From Deltaproteobacteria bacterium Ga0077539 (lineage in GTDB: Bacteria; Myxococcota_A; Polyangia; Polyangiales; Ga0077539), in assembly GCA_001465015.1 (NCBI GenBank), contig LNEO01000242.1, forward strand, positions 32,896 to 96,895: a stretch of 64,000 nucleotides of DNA, given 5' to 3'. Made by a program: the position numbers and the translations under genes. Below are positions 1 to 9,547 of this stretch, in pieces. The notes beneath the pieces are model-generated. The model had not been told where the DNA came from. It saw only the letters and a list, made by a program, of their open reading frames with translations, and searched no databases. Position 1 is the stretch's first letter. Every line of letters starts with the position of its first letter.

Positions 1-1167
1 ATGGCCTCCCCACCAACCACGAGCGACCCCACGTCTTCGCCGATGACCTCGATCGCACAAGGAGACGCCACGAGCTTTGTGGCCGGCGCGTCGACCGATA
101 CAAGAGCGATGGACGCTCGAGCCGCCGCGGCCGCCACCGCCACCGCGATTTCGCGCTGGCTGTTGGTGTGCGCGCTGTTCGTCGCGGCGATGGTCGCCGT
201 CGGCGGCTACACGCGCCTGTCGCACGCCGGCCTCTCGATCACCGAGTGGAAGCCGGTCACCGGCGCGCTGCCGCCCCTGTCGCACGAAGCCTGGCTCGGC
301 GAGTACGCGAAGTACCGCGCCTCGCCGGAGTTTCAGCTGCTGCATCACTGGATGTCCCTCGAGGACTTCAAGGGGATCTACTGGATCGAGTGGAGCCATC
401 GGCTGCTCGGGCGCGTGACGGGGTTCGTCGTTCTCCTTCCGCTCTTGTACTGGGTGGTGAAGGGAGCGTTGCGCGGACGGCGACTGGCGGCGGTGCTCGG
501 CGTGTTCGCGCTCGGCGGATTGCAGGGTTTTCTCGGGTGGTTCATGGTCGCCAGCGGGCTCGTTCGCAACCCGTCGGTCAGTCACTTTCGCCTGACCGCG
601 CACCTTCTGCTCGCGCTCGCGATCTTCGTCGCGCTCGTCACCATGGGCCTGCGCATCGGGGACGAGGCTCGTCCGAGCGAGCGCGTCGCGCTGCCCAGGG
701 TGCGCTCGTTTGCGCTCGCGTCGCTCGCGAGCACGTTCGTCACGGTCACGTGGGGAGGGCTCGTGGCGGGGCTGAAAGCCGGGCTCGTGTGCGACACGTT
801 TCCGCTCATGCACGGCTCGGTGATCCCCGCGAACCTGTTCGTCCTCTCGCCCGCTGCGTCCAACCTGGTCAACAACGGGCTCGCTGTGCAGTTCGTGCAT
901 CGCACTCTTGCGTACACGACGGCTGGCATCGTGATCGCGACGGTGGTCACCACCATGCGAACCGCTGCCGCCAGCGCATCGGTGCGCCGCGCCGCGTGGT
1001 TCTTGCTCGCGGCGGTCGTTCTGCAAGTGACGCTCGGCGCGCTGACCGTGCTCACGCACGTTCACTTGCACACCGCCCTGACGCACCAGTGCAACGCCCT
1101 GCTGGTGATCGCCGCTGCGCTGGTGCTGGCGCACCGCGCGAGCGCGCCGGCTGTCAGGTCCGCTTAA
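1..1167 (+). CDS. ctaA: Heme A synthase (COX15/CtaA family), polytopic membrane protein. The true start may be an internal Met or lie upstream of the window.
   Basis: 388-aa ORF. Motifs GGYTRLSHAGLSITEWKPVTG and HEAWLGEYAKYRASPEF, plus several His-bearing hydrophobic helices, are typical of COX15/CtaA. Confidence 0.8.
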   Translation: MASPPTTSDPTSSPMTSIAQGDATSFVAGASTDTRAMDARAAAAATATAISRWLLVCALFVAAMVAVGGYTRLSHAGLSITEWKPVTGALPPLSHEAWLGEYAKYRASPEFQLLHHWMSLEDFKGIYWIEWSHRLLGRVTGFVVLLPLLYWVVKGALRGRRLAAVLGVFALGGLQGFLGWFMVASGLVRNPSVSHFRLTAHLLLALAIFVALVTMGLRIGDEARPSERVALPRVRSFALASLASTFVTVTWGGLVAGLKAGLVCDTFPLMHGSVIPANLFVLSPAASNLVNNGLAVQFVHRTLAYTTAGIVIATVVTTMRTAAASASVRRAAWFLLAAVVLQVTLGALTVLTHVHLHTALTHQCNALLVIAAALVLAHRASAPAVRSA

Positions 1168-3680
1168 AACGCAGGCGCTGGCGATACGCGCCGCAACGTC
1201 TGACCGTTGCCGAGCTGCCCGTACCCAACCCAGCCCACGCACTGGACAGTGCCAGCGACGGTGATCACGCACGTCGCAGAGTTGCCCGCGAGGATCGAGC
1301 GAACGTTGCTCGGCGCGCTCATCGTGACGGGGCTCGTCTCGTTGACGATCGTCCCGTTTCCGAGGTTGCCCTCTTCGTTGTAGCCCCAGCAGCGAACGGA
1401 TCCGTCCATCCGCCGAGCGCACACGTAATTGTTTCCGCTCGCGATGTCGACGACGTTCGCCAGCCCTGGGACCGCGGTCGGAACATGGGTATCCACCGTC
1501 GTGCCGACGCCGAGCTGCCCAAAGGCGTTGTCGCCCCAGCAGCGAACGGTCCCGTCGGTCAGGCGAGCGCAGGTCCCGTTGGCGCTCGCCACGATCTGCG
1601 CGACGTTGGTGAGGCTCGCGATGGGCGCGCCGGGCGTCGTGCTGTCCGTCGTCGGCATCGTCCCGAGCTGCCCGTTGTCGTTGTCGCCCCAGCAACGAAC
1701 GGTCCCGTCCATGATCCTCGCGCAGAAGTGATCGGCGCCCGCTGCGAGCTCGACCACGTTCGTGAGACCCGTGATCGCCGCGGCAGCGACGAGGCTGTCT
1801 GTGGTCGACCCGATGCCGAGCTGGCCGTTGTCGTTGTCACCCCAGCAGCGAACTTGATTTCCTGTGACGATCGCGCAGGCGCTGTCGCCGCCCACGGCGA
1901 TGCCGGTCGCGCCGCTCAGGCCCATGACCGCGACGGGCGCGCTCGAGTCCGTCGTGCCTCCGTTGCCGAGCGCCCCGTCGAGCCCGTCACCCCAGCACTG
2001 CGCGGTCCCGTCGTCGCGCAGCGCGCACGTGTGATTGATCCCGAGCCCGATCGATCGAACCGTCGCGAGCCCGCTGATCACCGTCGGGGTCGCGCGCGGC
2101 GCGAGCGCGCCGTCGCCGAGTTGGCCGTTGTCGTTGTTGCCCCAGCACGCGACGTTGCCGCTCTCGAGCACGACGCACATGTGCCCGCGAAAGATCGATC
2201 CTGCAGCGCCCGAAATCGCTCGTGACGGCAGCGCTGCGGTGCTGACGAACATGCTCTGTCTCCGCGGATCGGTCGCGAGCTGCCCTTCTTCGCCGCGGCC
2301 CCAGCAAGAGAGCGTTCCGTCATCGAGCAGCGCGCACGTGTGCGATCCGCCGCCGGTCACGCGGGTCGTCGCGCGCGGGAGCGTGACGGCGCGAGGAACG
2401 GTCTCGTCGAGCGTCGCGCCGAGCCCGAGCTGCCCGTCGAACCCGTTGCCCCAGCAGCGGAGCGCCCCACCGACAACGATCGCGCACGTGTGGGTGGCGC
2501 CGAGCCCGACGCGCGTCGCCATCGAGACCGCCGCGATTCGAAGCGGCGCACGTTGGGTGACGGTCGTGCCGTCGCCGAGCTGACCCTGCGTGTTCGACCC
2601 CCAACAAAAGAGCTCGCCGCTCGAGAGCGTCGCGCACGTGTGATTCTGTCCGGCGCCGAGGCTGCTCACCATGGTGAGGCCCGGCACGGGGCCCGGCGTG
2701 CTCACGTCGATCGTAGAGGTCCCTCCGATGCCGAGCTGCCCGTTGTCGTTGTCCCCCCAGCACTGAACGCTGTTGTCCATCAAGCGCGCGCACACGTGGT
2801 CGGCGCCAGCCGCGATCGACAGGACGTTGGTCAGCCCCGTGACCGTTGTGGGCACCTCGCTGTCTGTCGTGCCTGTCCCTCCTCGGCCGAGCTGACGGTT
2901 GAGGTTGTCGCCCCAGCAGGACACCGTGCGATCCGCGCGCAGCGCGCACACAAATAGCGAGCCGGCCTCGATTTGCGTGACGTTGGTCAAGCCCGCGATG
3001 GCGACAGGCGTCGTCGAGTCCATCGTCGTCGGAGTGCGCGCGAGCTGTAGGTTGCTGTTGTCACCCCAGCACAACACTTCGCCCGTGCGCCGCAGCGCGC
3101 AGGAGAAGTCTGTCCCCGCGACGACTTGCACAGCGTCCGTGATTCCTGCGATGCGGGCCGGAGCGTACGCGCGCTCCGCCGAGCCGATTCCGAGCTGACC
3201 CTGATCGTTCTCACCCCAGCACTCGACGGTCCCGTCCATGCGCGCCGCGCAGCTGTGAGTATTGCCCGTCGCGTGGTGCACGATCGGCGATCGCATCGGT
3301 CCGGCGTCGGGCATGGAGTCGGGCATCGAGTCGGGCATGGAGTCGGGCATCGAGTCGGGCATCGAGTCGGGCATCGAGTCGGGTGTTGCGTCGCCTCCGC
3401 TCGCGTCGACGTCCATTGGCTCGATGACATCTCCTGCGGCGCTGTCTCCCTCGTGCACTGCGCTGTCGCTCGCGTCGTCGACGACGCCGCTGTCCGAGAC
3501 ATCGAGGGTCGCGTCGGAGGTCACGCTCGTGTCGCGCGCATCCGCGGCAATTTCCTGAGTGTTCGCATCGCTGCCGTCGAGCGGAGTTGGGGCTGGCGAG
3601 CAATGCGCGAGCGCGAGAAGCGCCCCGGCGCCCAGCGCGAAGCGAGAGAAGGGAGCGAAGTGAGAGGTGTTCGAACGCAA
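1164..3680 (-). CDS. Secreted or lipoprotein RCC1/BLIP-II beta-propeller repeat protein (838 aa)
   Basis: N-terminal signal peptide with a lipobox-like LALAHC. An acidic low-complexity linker follows. Then come more than 12 tandem ~50-aa units, each carrying CWG(D/N)N..GQLG and H.CA motifs (the RCC1 repeat signature). Its 3' end overlaps the ctaA stop by 4 nt (convergent). Confidence 0.85.
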   Translation of the reverse strand: MRSNTSHFAPFSRFALGAGALLALAHCSPAPTPLDGSDANTQEIAADARDTSVTSDATLDVSDSGVVDDASDSAVHEGDSAAGDVIEPMDVDASGGDATPDSMPDSMPDSMPDSMPDSMPDSMPDAGPMRSPIVHHATGNTHSCAARMDGTVECWGENDQGQLGIGSAERAYAPARIAGITDAVQVVAGTDFSCALRRTGEVLCWGDNSNLQLARTPTTMDSTTPVAIAGLTNVTQIEAGSLFVCALRADRTVSCWGDNLNRQLGRGGTGTTDSEVPTTVTGLTNVLSIAAGADHVCARLMDNSVQCWGDNDNGQLGIGGTSTIDVSTPGPVPGLTMVSSLGAGQNHTCATLSSGELFCWGSNTQGQLGDGTTVTQRAPLRIAAVSMATRVGLGATHTCAIVVGGALRCWGNGFDGQLGLGATLDETVPRAVTLPRATTRVTGGGSHTCALLDDGTLSCWGRGEEGQLATDPRRQSMFVSTAALPSRAISGAAGSIFRGHMCVVLESGNVACWGNNDNGQLGDGALAPRATPTVISGLATVRSIGLGINHTCALRDDGTAQCWGDGLDGALGNGGTTDSSAPVAVMGLSGATGIAVGGDSACAIVTGNQVRCWGDNDNGQLGIGSTTDSLVAAAAITGLTNVVELAAGADHFCARIMDGTVRCWGDNDNGQLGTMPTTDSTTPGAPIASLTNVAQIVASANGTCARLTDGTVRCWGDNAFGQLGVGTTVDTHVPTAVPGLANVVDIASGNNYVCARRMDGSVRCWGYNEEGNLGNGTIVNETSPVTMSAPSNVRSILAGNSATCVITVAGTVQCVGWVGYGQLGNGQTLRRVSPAPAF
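3300..3383 (-). repeat. Seven perfect in-frame tandem copies of a 12-nt unit encoding PDSM, inside the RCC1-repeat gene
   Basis: The translated ORF shows PDSMPDSMPDSMPDSMPDSMPDSMPDSM (aa 100-127). The plus strand shows reiterated gggcat(c/g)gagtc. Confidence 0.9.
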
Positions 3681-3948
3681 GGTGATCTCCGAGCTGTGAC
3701 CTGTAGGATTTCGTGTCGGTAGCCGAGGTGCGTCATCAAGCGCTTCGCGCTCCCATCGGTCCTAGCAAGTCTCCCGAGAGCCCGCTCGTAGAGCCGCGAT
3801 TCCTCGATTCTTCTGCTCGGGACGTCTGCGGAGTTCTAGATCGCATGATCGCGCTGCGTCAGCGGGTGGGCTTCGACGTGGGCGCAAATCATCCCACTCG
3901 CGCACGACTTGCGGCTTGCGTACGATCCTTTGTTCTGGAGGTCATTCG

Positions 3949-5904
3949 ATGCGGTTGTCGGATCGAAGAACGCTCGGTGTCACAGCGGTCGCAGCAGCGC
4001 TCGCGTCGCTCGTAAGCGGCGGCGAGGCTCAGGCGCAGCGCACCATCGACGAGTATCGGTACTTTCGCTCGCTCTCGATCGACCTCGTCGGCAGGATCCC
4101 GACGCGCGCCGAGATCGCTGCCTTCGAGCAGCCCGCGTTCAACGTCGAGTCGTGGATCGACATGCAGCTCGCGACCCCCGAGGCCGCCGAGCGCTTGCGA
4201 CGGATCTACATGGACCGGCTGCGGCTCGAGGTGAACACGGTCGTGCAGCTCAACCCGCGAGGAAGCCTCTTGCGACGCATCCCCGTGCAGCGCGCGAACG
4301 GCACGACGGTGTGGGTGTACTACCGAATGGGGCAGCGCCGCGCCAACGTCGACATCGACGGGACGATGTGCTTCTCGCCCCGCGAGCTCGGCGTGCAGTA
4401 CCCGTCCACCGGTGAGCCGCGCACACCCATGTGCAACACGCCGCGCGCGGTGTCCGACGCCGTGTTCAACGCGCGCGTGACGCGGGTCCGACCGTGGTGG
4501 CTCTACCGCGACTATCGCGCGGCCAACCCCACGCAGCGCTACAACCCTGCGACGTGGGCGACGATCGCGCCTGGGTACAACCCGGTCGAGGGGCTGCTCG
4601 AAGACGCCGCAGGCAACCCCGTCAACGACGTGTTCGTCTGCAACGAAGAAGCGGGCACCGCCGCGACCGGCCGCCCGTTCGTCGCCGGGACGCGCACGCC
4701 CACGCCAGCCACCGGCTGCGACGCTCGCCTGACCGGCGTGCCCAACACCGACAGCCTCACGACGCCGATGATGGGGCGGGCGCTCTCGTGCGAGACGCAG
4801 ACCGGCTTCAACCTGTCGACCGAGTGCGGCTGCGGTCCGGGGCTCGAGCGATGCTTGCCGGGCGCGGCGATCAACAACCTCAACGCAGGCGCGATGGTCA
4901 ACGGCGCGATCCGCGCGCCGATCGGCAACGAAAACGCCTTCGAGAACCGCGCGCTCACGTCCGGTGACTGGATGCGCCTGTGGCTCTCGCAAGAGGCCGC
5001 GTACTTCATGGACGCGATCTTTCAGGCCAATCGCGACGTGCGCGACATCGTTCGCGCGCGAGACACGTACATCAACGGTCCGCTCGCGATGTTCTATCGC
5101 AGCGAGCAACAGCAGAGCTGCTGCAACACCAACCACCTGCGCTTCGACTACACCAACCCGACGAGCTTGTTCGTGCCGGCCAACGTTCCGCCGGCGCTGC
5201 TCACGCACGACGTCGATCGGTGGGCGCGCGTGCCGGACCGAGGACCGCTCGCCTCGGGCATCCTGACGATGCCCATCTTCCTCACCAAGTACGGAACGCG
5301 CCGCGCTCGCGCGCACGTGCTCTACCAGTCTTTTATGTGCCAGGAGTTCGTCGCCGGCAACGGGACCCTCACGCCCAGCGACGAGCCGAACCTCGCGATT
5401 CGCGAGGGCTGCAGGGACTGCCACCGGGCCCTCGAGCCGATGTCCGCGTTCTTCACGCGCGTCGCGGAGAACGACTGGACGTACTTGCCAGCCTTGCAGT
5501 TTCCGCTCGACTCGACGCGCTGTCGCCTCGCGGGCGGCGCGATGGCCGTCGGGTGCAACGCCTTCTACGACCCGTCCTTCACGACGGCGACTCAGTCCTG
5601 GATGCGCGGCATCTACAACCTCACCGAGGCGCGCGCCAACGCCGAGGCCGGACCGCAAGGCATGGGCAGCTTCATCGCTGCTCAGCCGCAGTTCGCAGGG
5701 TGCTTCGTCGAGAACGTCGCCGAGAGCTTCCTCGGCAGGGACCTCAACGTCGAGGACGCCGCGCTGCGCACGCAGCTGCAGACCACCCTCTCGGGCGCGG
5801 GCTTCAGGGCGCGCGCGATGGTCCGGCAGCTTCTGCTCTCGGACGCCTACCGCCGAGCCAACAACCTCTCTTCGACCGCGTGGCGCGCAGGAGCGTCCCG
5901 ATGA
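3949..5904 (+). CDS. Secreted protein of the Planctomycete-type PSD class: DUF1549-like N-terminus and a DUF1588/PSCyt3-like CxxCH block
   Basis: ORF 3916-5904. I prefer the ATG at 3949, which has GGAGG 7 nt upstream. Signal peptide LGVTAVAAALASLVSGGEAQA. YFRSLSIDLVGRIPTRAEIAAFE resembles the DUF1549 signature. C-terminal REGCRDCHRALEPMSAFF parallels CNACHRYIDDVGFGFEGFD in the 41730 gene. Confidence 0.6.
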   Translation: MRLSDRRTLGVTAVAAALASLVSGGEAQAQRTIDEYRYFRSLSIDLVGRIPTRAEIAAFEQPAFNVESWIDMQLATPEAAERLRRIYMDRLRLEVNTVVQLNPRGSLLRRIPVQRANGTTVWVYYRMGQRRANVDIDGTMCFSPRELGVQYPSTGEPRTPMCNTPRAVSDAVFNARVTRVRPWWLYRDYRAANPTQRYNPATWATIAPGYNPVEGLLEDAAGNPVNDVFVCNEEAGTAATGRPFVAGTRTPTPATGCDARLTGVPNTDSLTTPMMGRALSCETQTGFNLSTECGCGPGLERCLPGAAINNLNAGAMVNGAIRAPIGNENAFENRALTSGDWMRLWLSQEAAYFMDAIFQANRDVRDIVRARDTYINGPLAMFYRSEQQQSCCNTNHLRFDYTNPTSLFVPANVPPALLTHDVDRWARVPDRGPLASGILTMPIFLTKYGTRRARAHVLYQSFMCQEFVAGNGTLTPSDEPNLAIREGCRDCHRALEPMSAFFTRVAENDWTYLPALQFPLDSTRCRLAGGAMAVGCNAFYDPSFTTATQSWMRGIYNLTEARANAEAGPQGMGSFIAAQPQFAGCFVENVAESFLGRDLNVEDAALRTQLQTTLSGAGFRARAMVRQLLLSDAYRRANNLSSTAWRAGASR

Positions 5905-6743
5905 AAATCGCATACGAATTCAAGAGGGCTCTCGGCCGCCGCTCGCTTCTCGGCGCGGCGCTCTCGGTCGCCGTCGCCAGCGCCGCGTGTCAGGACGGGA
6001 CGCGCTCGGTCGCCGACACCGGCGTTGGCGGTGGCTCTGACAGCGCGACGCCGCTGGCGGACGTGCCCGACCCGCTTCCTCCCGACGCCAACCGCGCGAC
6101 GCCCATCGAGTCGATCCCTGGCCACGAGAACGTCGCGCAGGACACCACGCCCAAGCGCGGGCCTCGCATGCTGCCGGTCGAGACGTACATCCGAAGCTAT
6201 CTGCAGCTCTTCGCCGGGCCGATGGCGCGCCCGACGCAGACGCCCCTGCAGGTGCAGGGCGAGATCCGCGCCCGTGACGCGACGCTCTTCGACACCTGGA
6301 ACGACTACCTCGCCTCCATGGGCCTTCCCGACCACCGCGTCGACATCAACCGCAACACCCAGACGAGCCCGCTCATGCTCGCGACGCTCGAGCGCACGGG
6401 CATCGCGCTCTGCGACGTCACGGTGGCGAACGAGCTCGACGCGATGACGCCGCCGCCGATGGCCAATCGCCGGGTGTTCGCCTTCGATCAACCCGCAGGC
6501 GCGCTGGACCTCGCGGGCTTTCGAACGCGCTTCGACCTCTTGCACAGGACCTTCCTCGGGTACCCCGCGAGCCTCGCGCCAGACAACCGCGCGCAGCGCT
6601 TCTTCACGCTCTATCAATCGACGGTGGCGCGCTTCTCCGCTGCGACGGGGGCGCCCGCGACGACGTTCAGACTCAAGTCGAGCACCGGATGGGCCGCGGT
6701 TTGTTACGCGCTCATCCGTCACCCCGAATTTCAGATGTACTGA
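5901..6743 (+). CDS. Hypothetical lipoprotein (280 aa), translationally coupled to the upstream gene
   Basis: The ATG at 5901 overlaps the upstream stop (ATGA). Signal plus lipobox LSVAVASAAC. The C-terminal WAAVCYALIRHPEFQMY resembles the SP(S/E)F(L/V)(Y/L)R motif of DUF1592-type proteins. Confidence 0.55.
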   Translation: MKIAYEFKRALGRRSLLGAALSVAVASAACQDGTRSVADTGVGGGSDSATPLADVPDPLPPDANRATPIESIPGHENVAQDTTPKRGPRMLPVETYIRSYLQLFAGPMARPTQTPLQVQGEIRARDATLFDTWNDYLASMGLPDHRVDINRNTQTSPLMLATLERTGIALCDVTVANELDAMTPPPMANRRVFAFDQPAGALDLAGFRTRFDLLHRTFLGYPASLAPDNRAQRFFTLYQSTVARFSAATGAPATTFRLKSSTGWAAVCYALIRHPEFQMY

Positions 6744-6779
6744 GCCAACGGAGCCAACGGAGCCAACGGAGCCAATACC

Positions 6780-8189
6780 ATGACCCCAACGGATTCAGGA
6801 CGTCGTCGGTTCTTGAAGGTGCTCGGCGCCGGCGCGGCCGCGGGCGCGACCAGCCCGATGTTCGAAGCGCTCGGGCAGATGATGCCCGGCATGGCGTCGA
6901 CCGAGTTCTTCATCTTCGTCCACGCCGCGGGCGCGTGGGACATCACGGTGGGCACCGACCCACGAAATCAATTCGTCAGCATCACAGAGCCCGCAACGAG
7001 GGACACGATCGAAACGGCGGGGCTCTTTCAGTGGCGCAACGGGCCTGTGCAGCCCGGAGGCACGAGCTTTCGCTTCGTTCAGCCGACGGGCTCGAACATT
7101 CGCTTCGGCCCCGGCATCGGATTGATGGCCGAAGCTCAACGCTTCGAGCGCATGCTCGTCATCAACGGCATCGCGATGAACACCGTCTCGCACCCGGATG
7201 GGACGACCTACTCGTCCACCGGCCGAAGGCTCGCCGGCGGCAAGCCCGTCGCGCCCAGCATCGACACGATGCTCGCGAGCGAGCTCGGGACCTCGCAGCT
7301 CTTCCCCACGCTGAGCGTGCGATATCCCAGCTACTACACGGGGCCCAACCTCAGCTCGCGCGCGCTGCCGTTGCGCGTGGACGCGATCGGGGCCGTCGCT
7401 CGCTCGCTCGCCCGATCCAACCGCGCCGTCGACCGACAGACGCGCACGGCCGTCAACGAGCTGCTCCGCGAAGAGACGCGAGAGCTGATCGATCGCTCGC
7501 ACTTTCCGCAGGTGTATCAGGGCATCGAGCAGCAGCTCGAGTCGCTCGAGCGCATCCACGGCAACCCCGAACTGACCAACCTGTTCTCGACGGCCGCGCT
7601 GGCGGCGAAGCCCGAGCTCGCGCCGATCTACCGGCCCATGGAACCGGGCACGACGACGGTCATGCCCTACGTCTTCGAGAACAACGTGATCCACAACGCC
7701 GCGTTCGCCGTCGAGGCGTTTCGACTCAACCTGGCGCGCTGCGTGAGCTTCTCGACGACGAGCTTCGACACGCACTTCTCGAACTACGCAGACCACCCGC
7801 TACACATGCAGGAGCTCTTCAACATGCTGGCGGGGCTCATCGACGTGCTCGGCGCGACCAATCACCCGACGGTCGCGGGGCACAAGCTCCTCGAGCACAC
7901 GCACATCCTGGTGACGAGCGACTTCTGTCGCACACCACAAATCAACGTGTCCGGCGGACGCGACCACTACCCCAGCAACTCCGCGGTGATCATCTCGCCC
8001 AGGTTCAGGGGCAACATGGTCTTCGGGGCCACCGACCCGAATCAGCTGCTCTCTACGCGTCGCATGATCGGCGGCGAGCTGCGCGCGATCACGCCGGCCG
8101 ACGTGCTGGCGACGTTCTTGGACGCGTTCGGCGTAGACCCGCGGCGCTTCATGCGCGACGGCGCTGTGATGCGGGAGATTCGTCGGTGA
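6780..8189 (+). CDS. DUF1501 family protein (sulfatase/phosphatase-like fold) with a twin-arginine signal
   Basis: 469-aa ORF. Tat-type SGRRRFLKVLGAGAAAGA. Conserved TSDFCRTP and GGRDHYP blocks are characteristic of DUF1501. Confidence 0.8.
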   Translation: MTPTDSGRRRFLKVLGAGAAAGATSPMFEALGQMMPGMASTEFFIFVHAAGAWDITVGTDPRNQFVSITEPATRDTIETAGLFQWRNGPVQPGGTSFRFVQPTGSNIRFGPGIGLMAEAQRFERMLVINGIAMNTVSHPDGTTYSSTGRRLAGGKPVAPSIDTMLASELGTSQLFPTLSVRYPSYYTGPNLSSRALPLRVDAIGAVARSLARSNRAVDRQTRTAVNELLREETRELIDRSHFPQVYQGIEQQLESLERIHGNPELTNLFSTAALAAKPELAPIYRPMEPGTTTVMPYVFENNVIHNAAFAVEAFRLNLARCVSFSTTSFDTHFSNYADHPLHMQELFNMLAGLIDVLGATNHPTVAGHKLLEHTHILVTSDFCRTPQINVSGGRDHYPSNSAVIISPRFRGNMVFGATDPNQLLSTRRMIGGELRAITPADVLATFLDAFGVDPRRFMRDGAVMREIRR

Positions 8190-9448
8190 CGAGAGCGATC
8201 GGTCGCCTCGCGACGCTCGCGGCGCTCCTCGGCGCCTGCGGACCGATGGAGCCCCCTGTGGGCAACGACAGCGGCGTCGCGATGGACACGGGGACGACGC
8301 CCGTCGACTCCGGGCCACCGCCGGACGTCGTGCTGCCCCCTTCGGACGGAGGCGTGCTCCCCACCGTCGCAGCGCCGCTCTTCGTCCGCTCGATCACCTT
8401 CAACAACATGATGGTGATGCTCGGCACCGTGGCGGCGGTCACCGACAACGCGGGGACGTCGGCCTTCTTTGGCTCGATGGGCATGCGGCTGCTTCGCTCG
8501 GGCGCGCTGCTCGCGTCGAACGCAGAGATCACCACCTGGCGCGCGGCGGCGACGGTCCCCGCCGTGTTGGGCACGGGAACGTGGACGATCGCCGTCGACG
8601 CGATGGGCCGCGTGCACCGCGTGCGACCCGACAACCTCTTCGAGTTCGTCGGCGATCGCTACGGCGTGGCAGGGATGTCCGTTCGCTGGGTCGCGCACGG
8701 CGGCATGAACTACGTGGGCTTCGCCTCGGACACCCACCTCTCGATCGCCGACGGGATGAACACCCGGCGCGTGATGGAGGGGCCGTTCACCGCGTTTGGC
8801 GCGAGCAACAACTTCTTTGCTGGCGTCAGCACCGACCGCGTGAAGGTCCTCGACGCCGCCACCGGTCGCTTGCGCACGTGGAACCTTCCGGGCGCCACAG
8901 CGGTGGCCGTCGACGCCATGGGCAAGCTCGTCGTGTCCGCCGGGCCCGTGCTCTGGGTCGAGGGCGCGGAGGGCGTACTTCAGGGCGTGTTTCGCGCGAG
9001 CGCGCCGATTACGTCGATGATCCGCTCGGGTCCGCGCGTGTGGTTCGTCTCGGGCCGCGAGCTCGGGACCTACGCCATGGGCCGCGTCTCGATGACCAGC
9101 AACACCATGCTCGAGATGAACTCGACGCTCTCGCCCGCGAGCATGGACGAGGTCTGGGTGCTCAGCCGCGCCGCGCCGCGCCGCTACGCAGCGGACACAG
9201 GAACGCAGACCCCCGAGGCCATCTGGCGCGCCACGATGCAGCCCGTCTACGCGACGTACTGCGCGGACTGCCACTTTCCGGGGATGGGCGGGCAGCTGCC
9301 GGACCTCTCGACGTACATGGGCTGGGACGCCAATCGCATGCGGATCCGCAACAGCGTCGTGAACATGATGGCGCCGGTGATGCCGCCGCGCGGGATGTTT
9401 CCCATGGAGCAGCGCACCGCCGTCGATATGTGGCTCATGATGCGGTGA
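8186..9448 (+). CDS. Lipoprotein with a C-terminal PSCyt1-like mono-heme c motif
   Basis: The GTG at 8186 overlaps the DUF1501 stop (GTGA). Lipobox LAALLGAC. C-terminal YATYCADCHFPGMGGQLPDLS...MPPRG...WLMMR resembles the Planctomycete cytochrome c (PSCyt1) module. Confidence 0.55.
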   Translation: MTRAIGRLATLAALLGACGPMEPPVGNDSGVAMDTGTTPVDSGPPPDVVLPPSDGGVLPTVAAPLFVRSITFNNMMVMLGTVAAVTDNAGTSAFFGSMGMRLLRSGALLASNAEITTWRAAATVPAVLGTGTWTIAVDAMGRVHRVRPDNLFEFVGDRYGVAGMSVRWVAHGGMNYVGFASDTHLSIADGMNTRRVMEGPFTAFGASNNFFAGVSTDRVKVLDAATGRLRTWNLPGATAVAVDAMGKLVVSAGPVLWVEGAEGVLQGVFRASAPITSMIRSGPRVWFVSGRELGTYAMGRVSMTSNTMLEMNSTLSPASMDEVWVLSRAAPRRYAADTGTQTPEAIWRATMQPVYATYCADCHFPGMGGQLPDLSTYMGWDANRMRIRNSVVNMMAPVMPPRGMFPMEQRTAVDMWLMMR

Positions 9449-9547
9449 GCTGACGACTCACGAGGGCGGGTGTCGACGGGGGGCGTAGACCCGGGGCGCG
9501 TCGGTCGCGCGCTCGCTTGCGCAGCGAGCGCTGCTACGATCGACGCC

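Noticed and set aside
168-2225. 685-aa ORF on the plus strand, overlapping ctaA and lying antisense to the RCC1-repeat gene
   Set aside because: Its Arg/Ala/Gly-dominated composition carries no recognisable motifs. It is a typical shadow ORF of a GC-rich genome. The opposite strand encodes an unmistakable RCC1 repeat protein.
3889-5913. 674-aa antisense ORF. Similar long shadow ORFs occur at 16139-18391(-), 22969-26172(-), 32918-34378(-), 42579-43598(-), 51495-53900(+) and 53809-55392(+).
   Set aside because: All are Arg-rich and motif-free, and each lies opposite or out of frame to a gene with clear family signatures (DUF1549-like, GGDEF, ActB, CoxI, DUF1592, ABC-F, FAD oxidoreductase).
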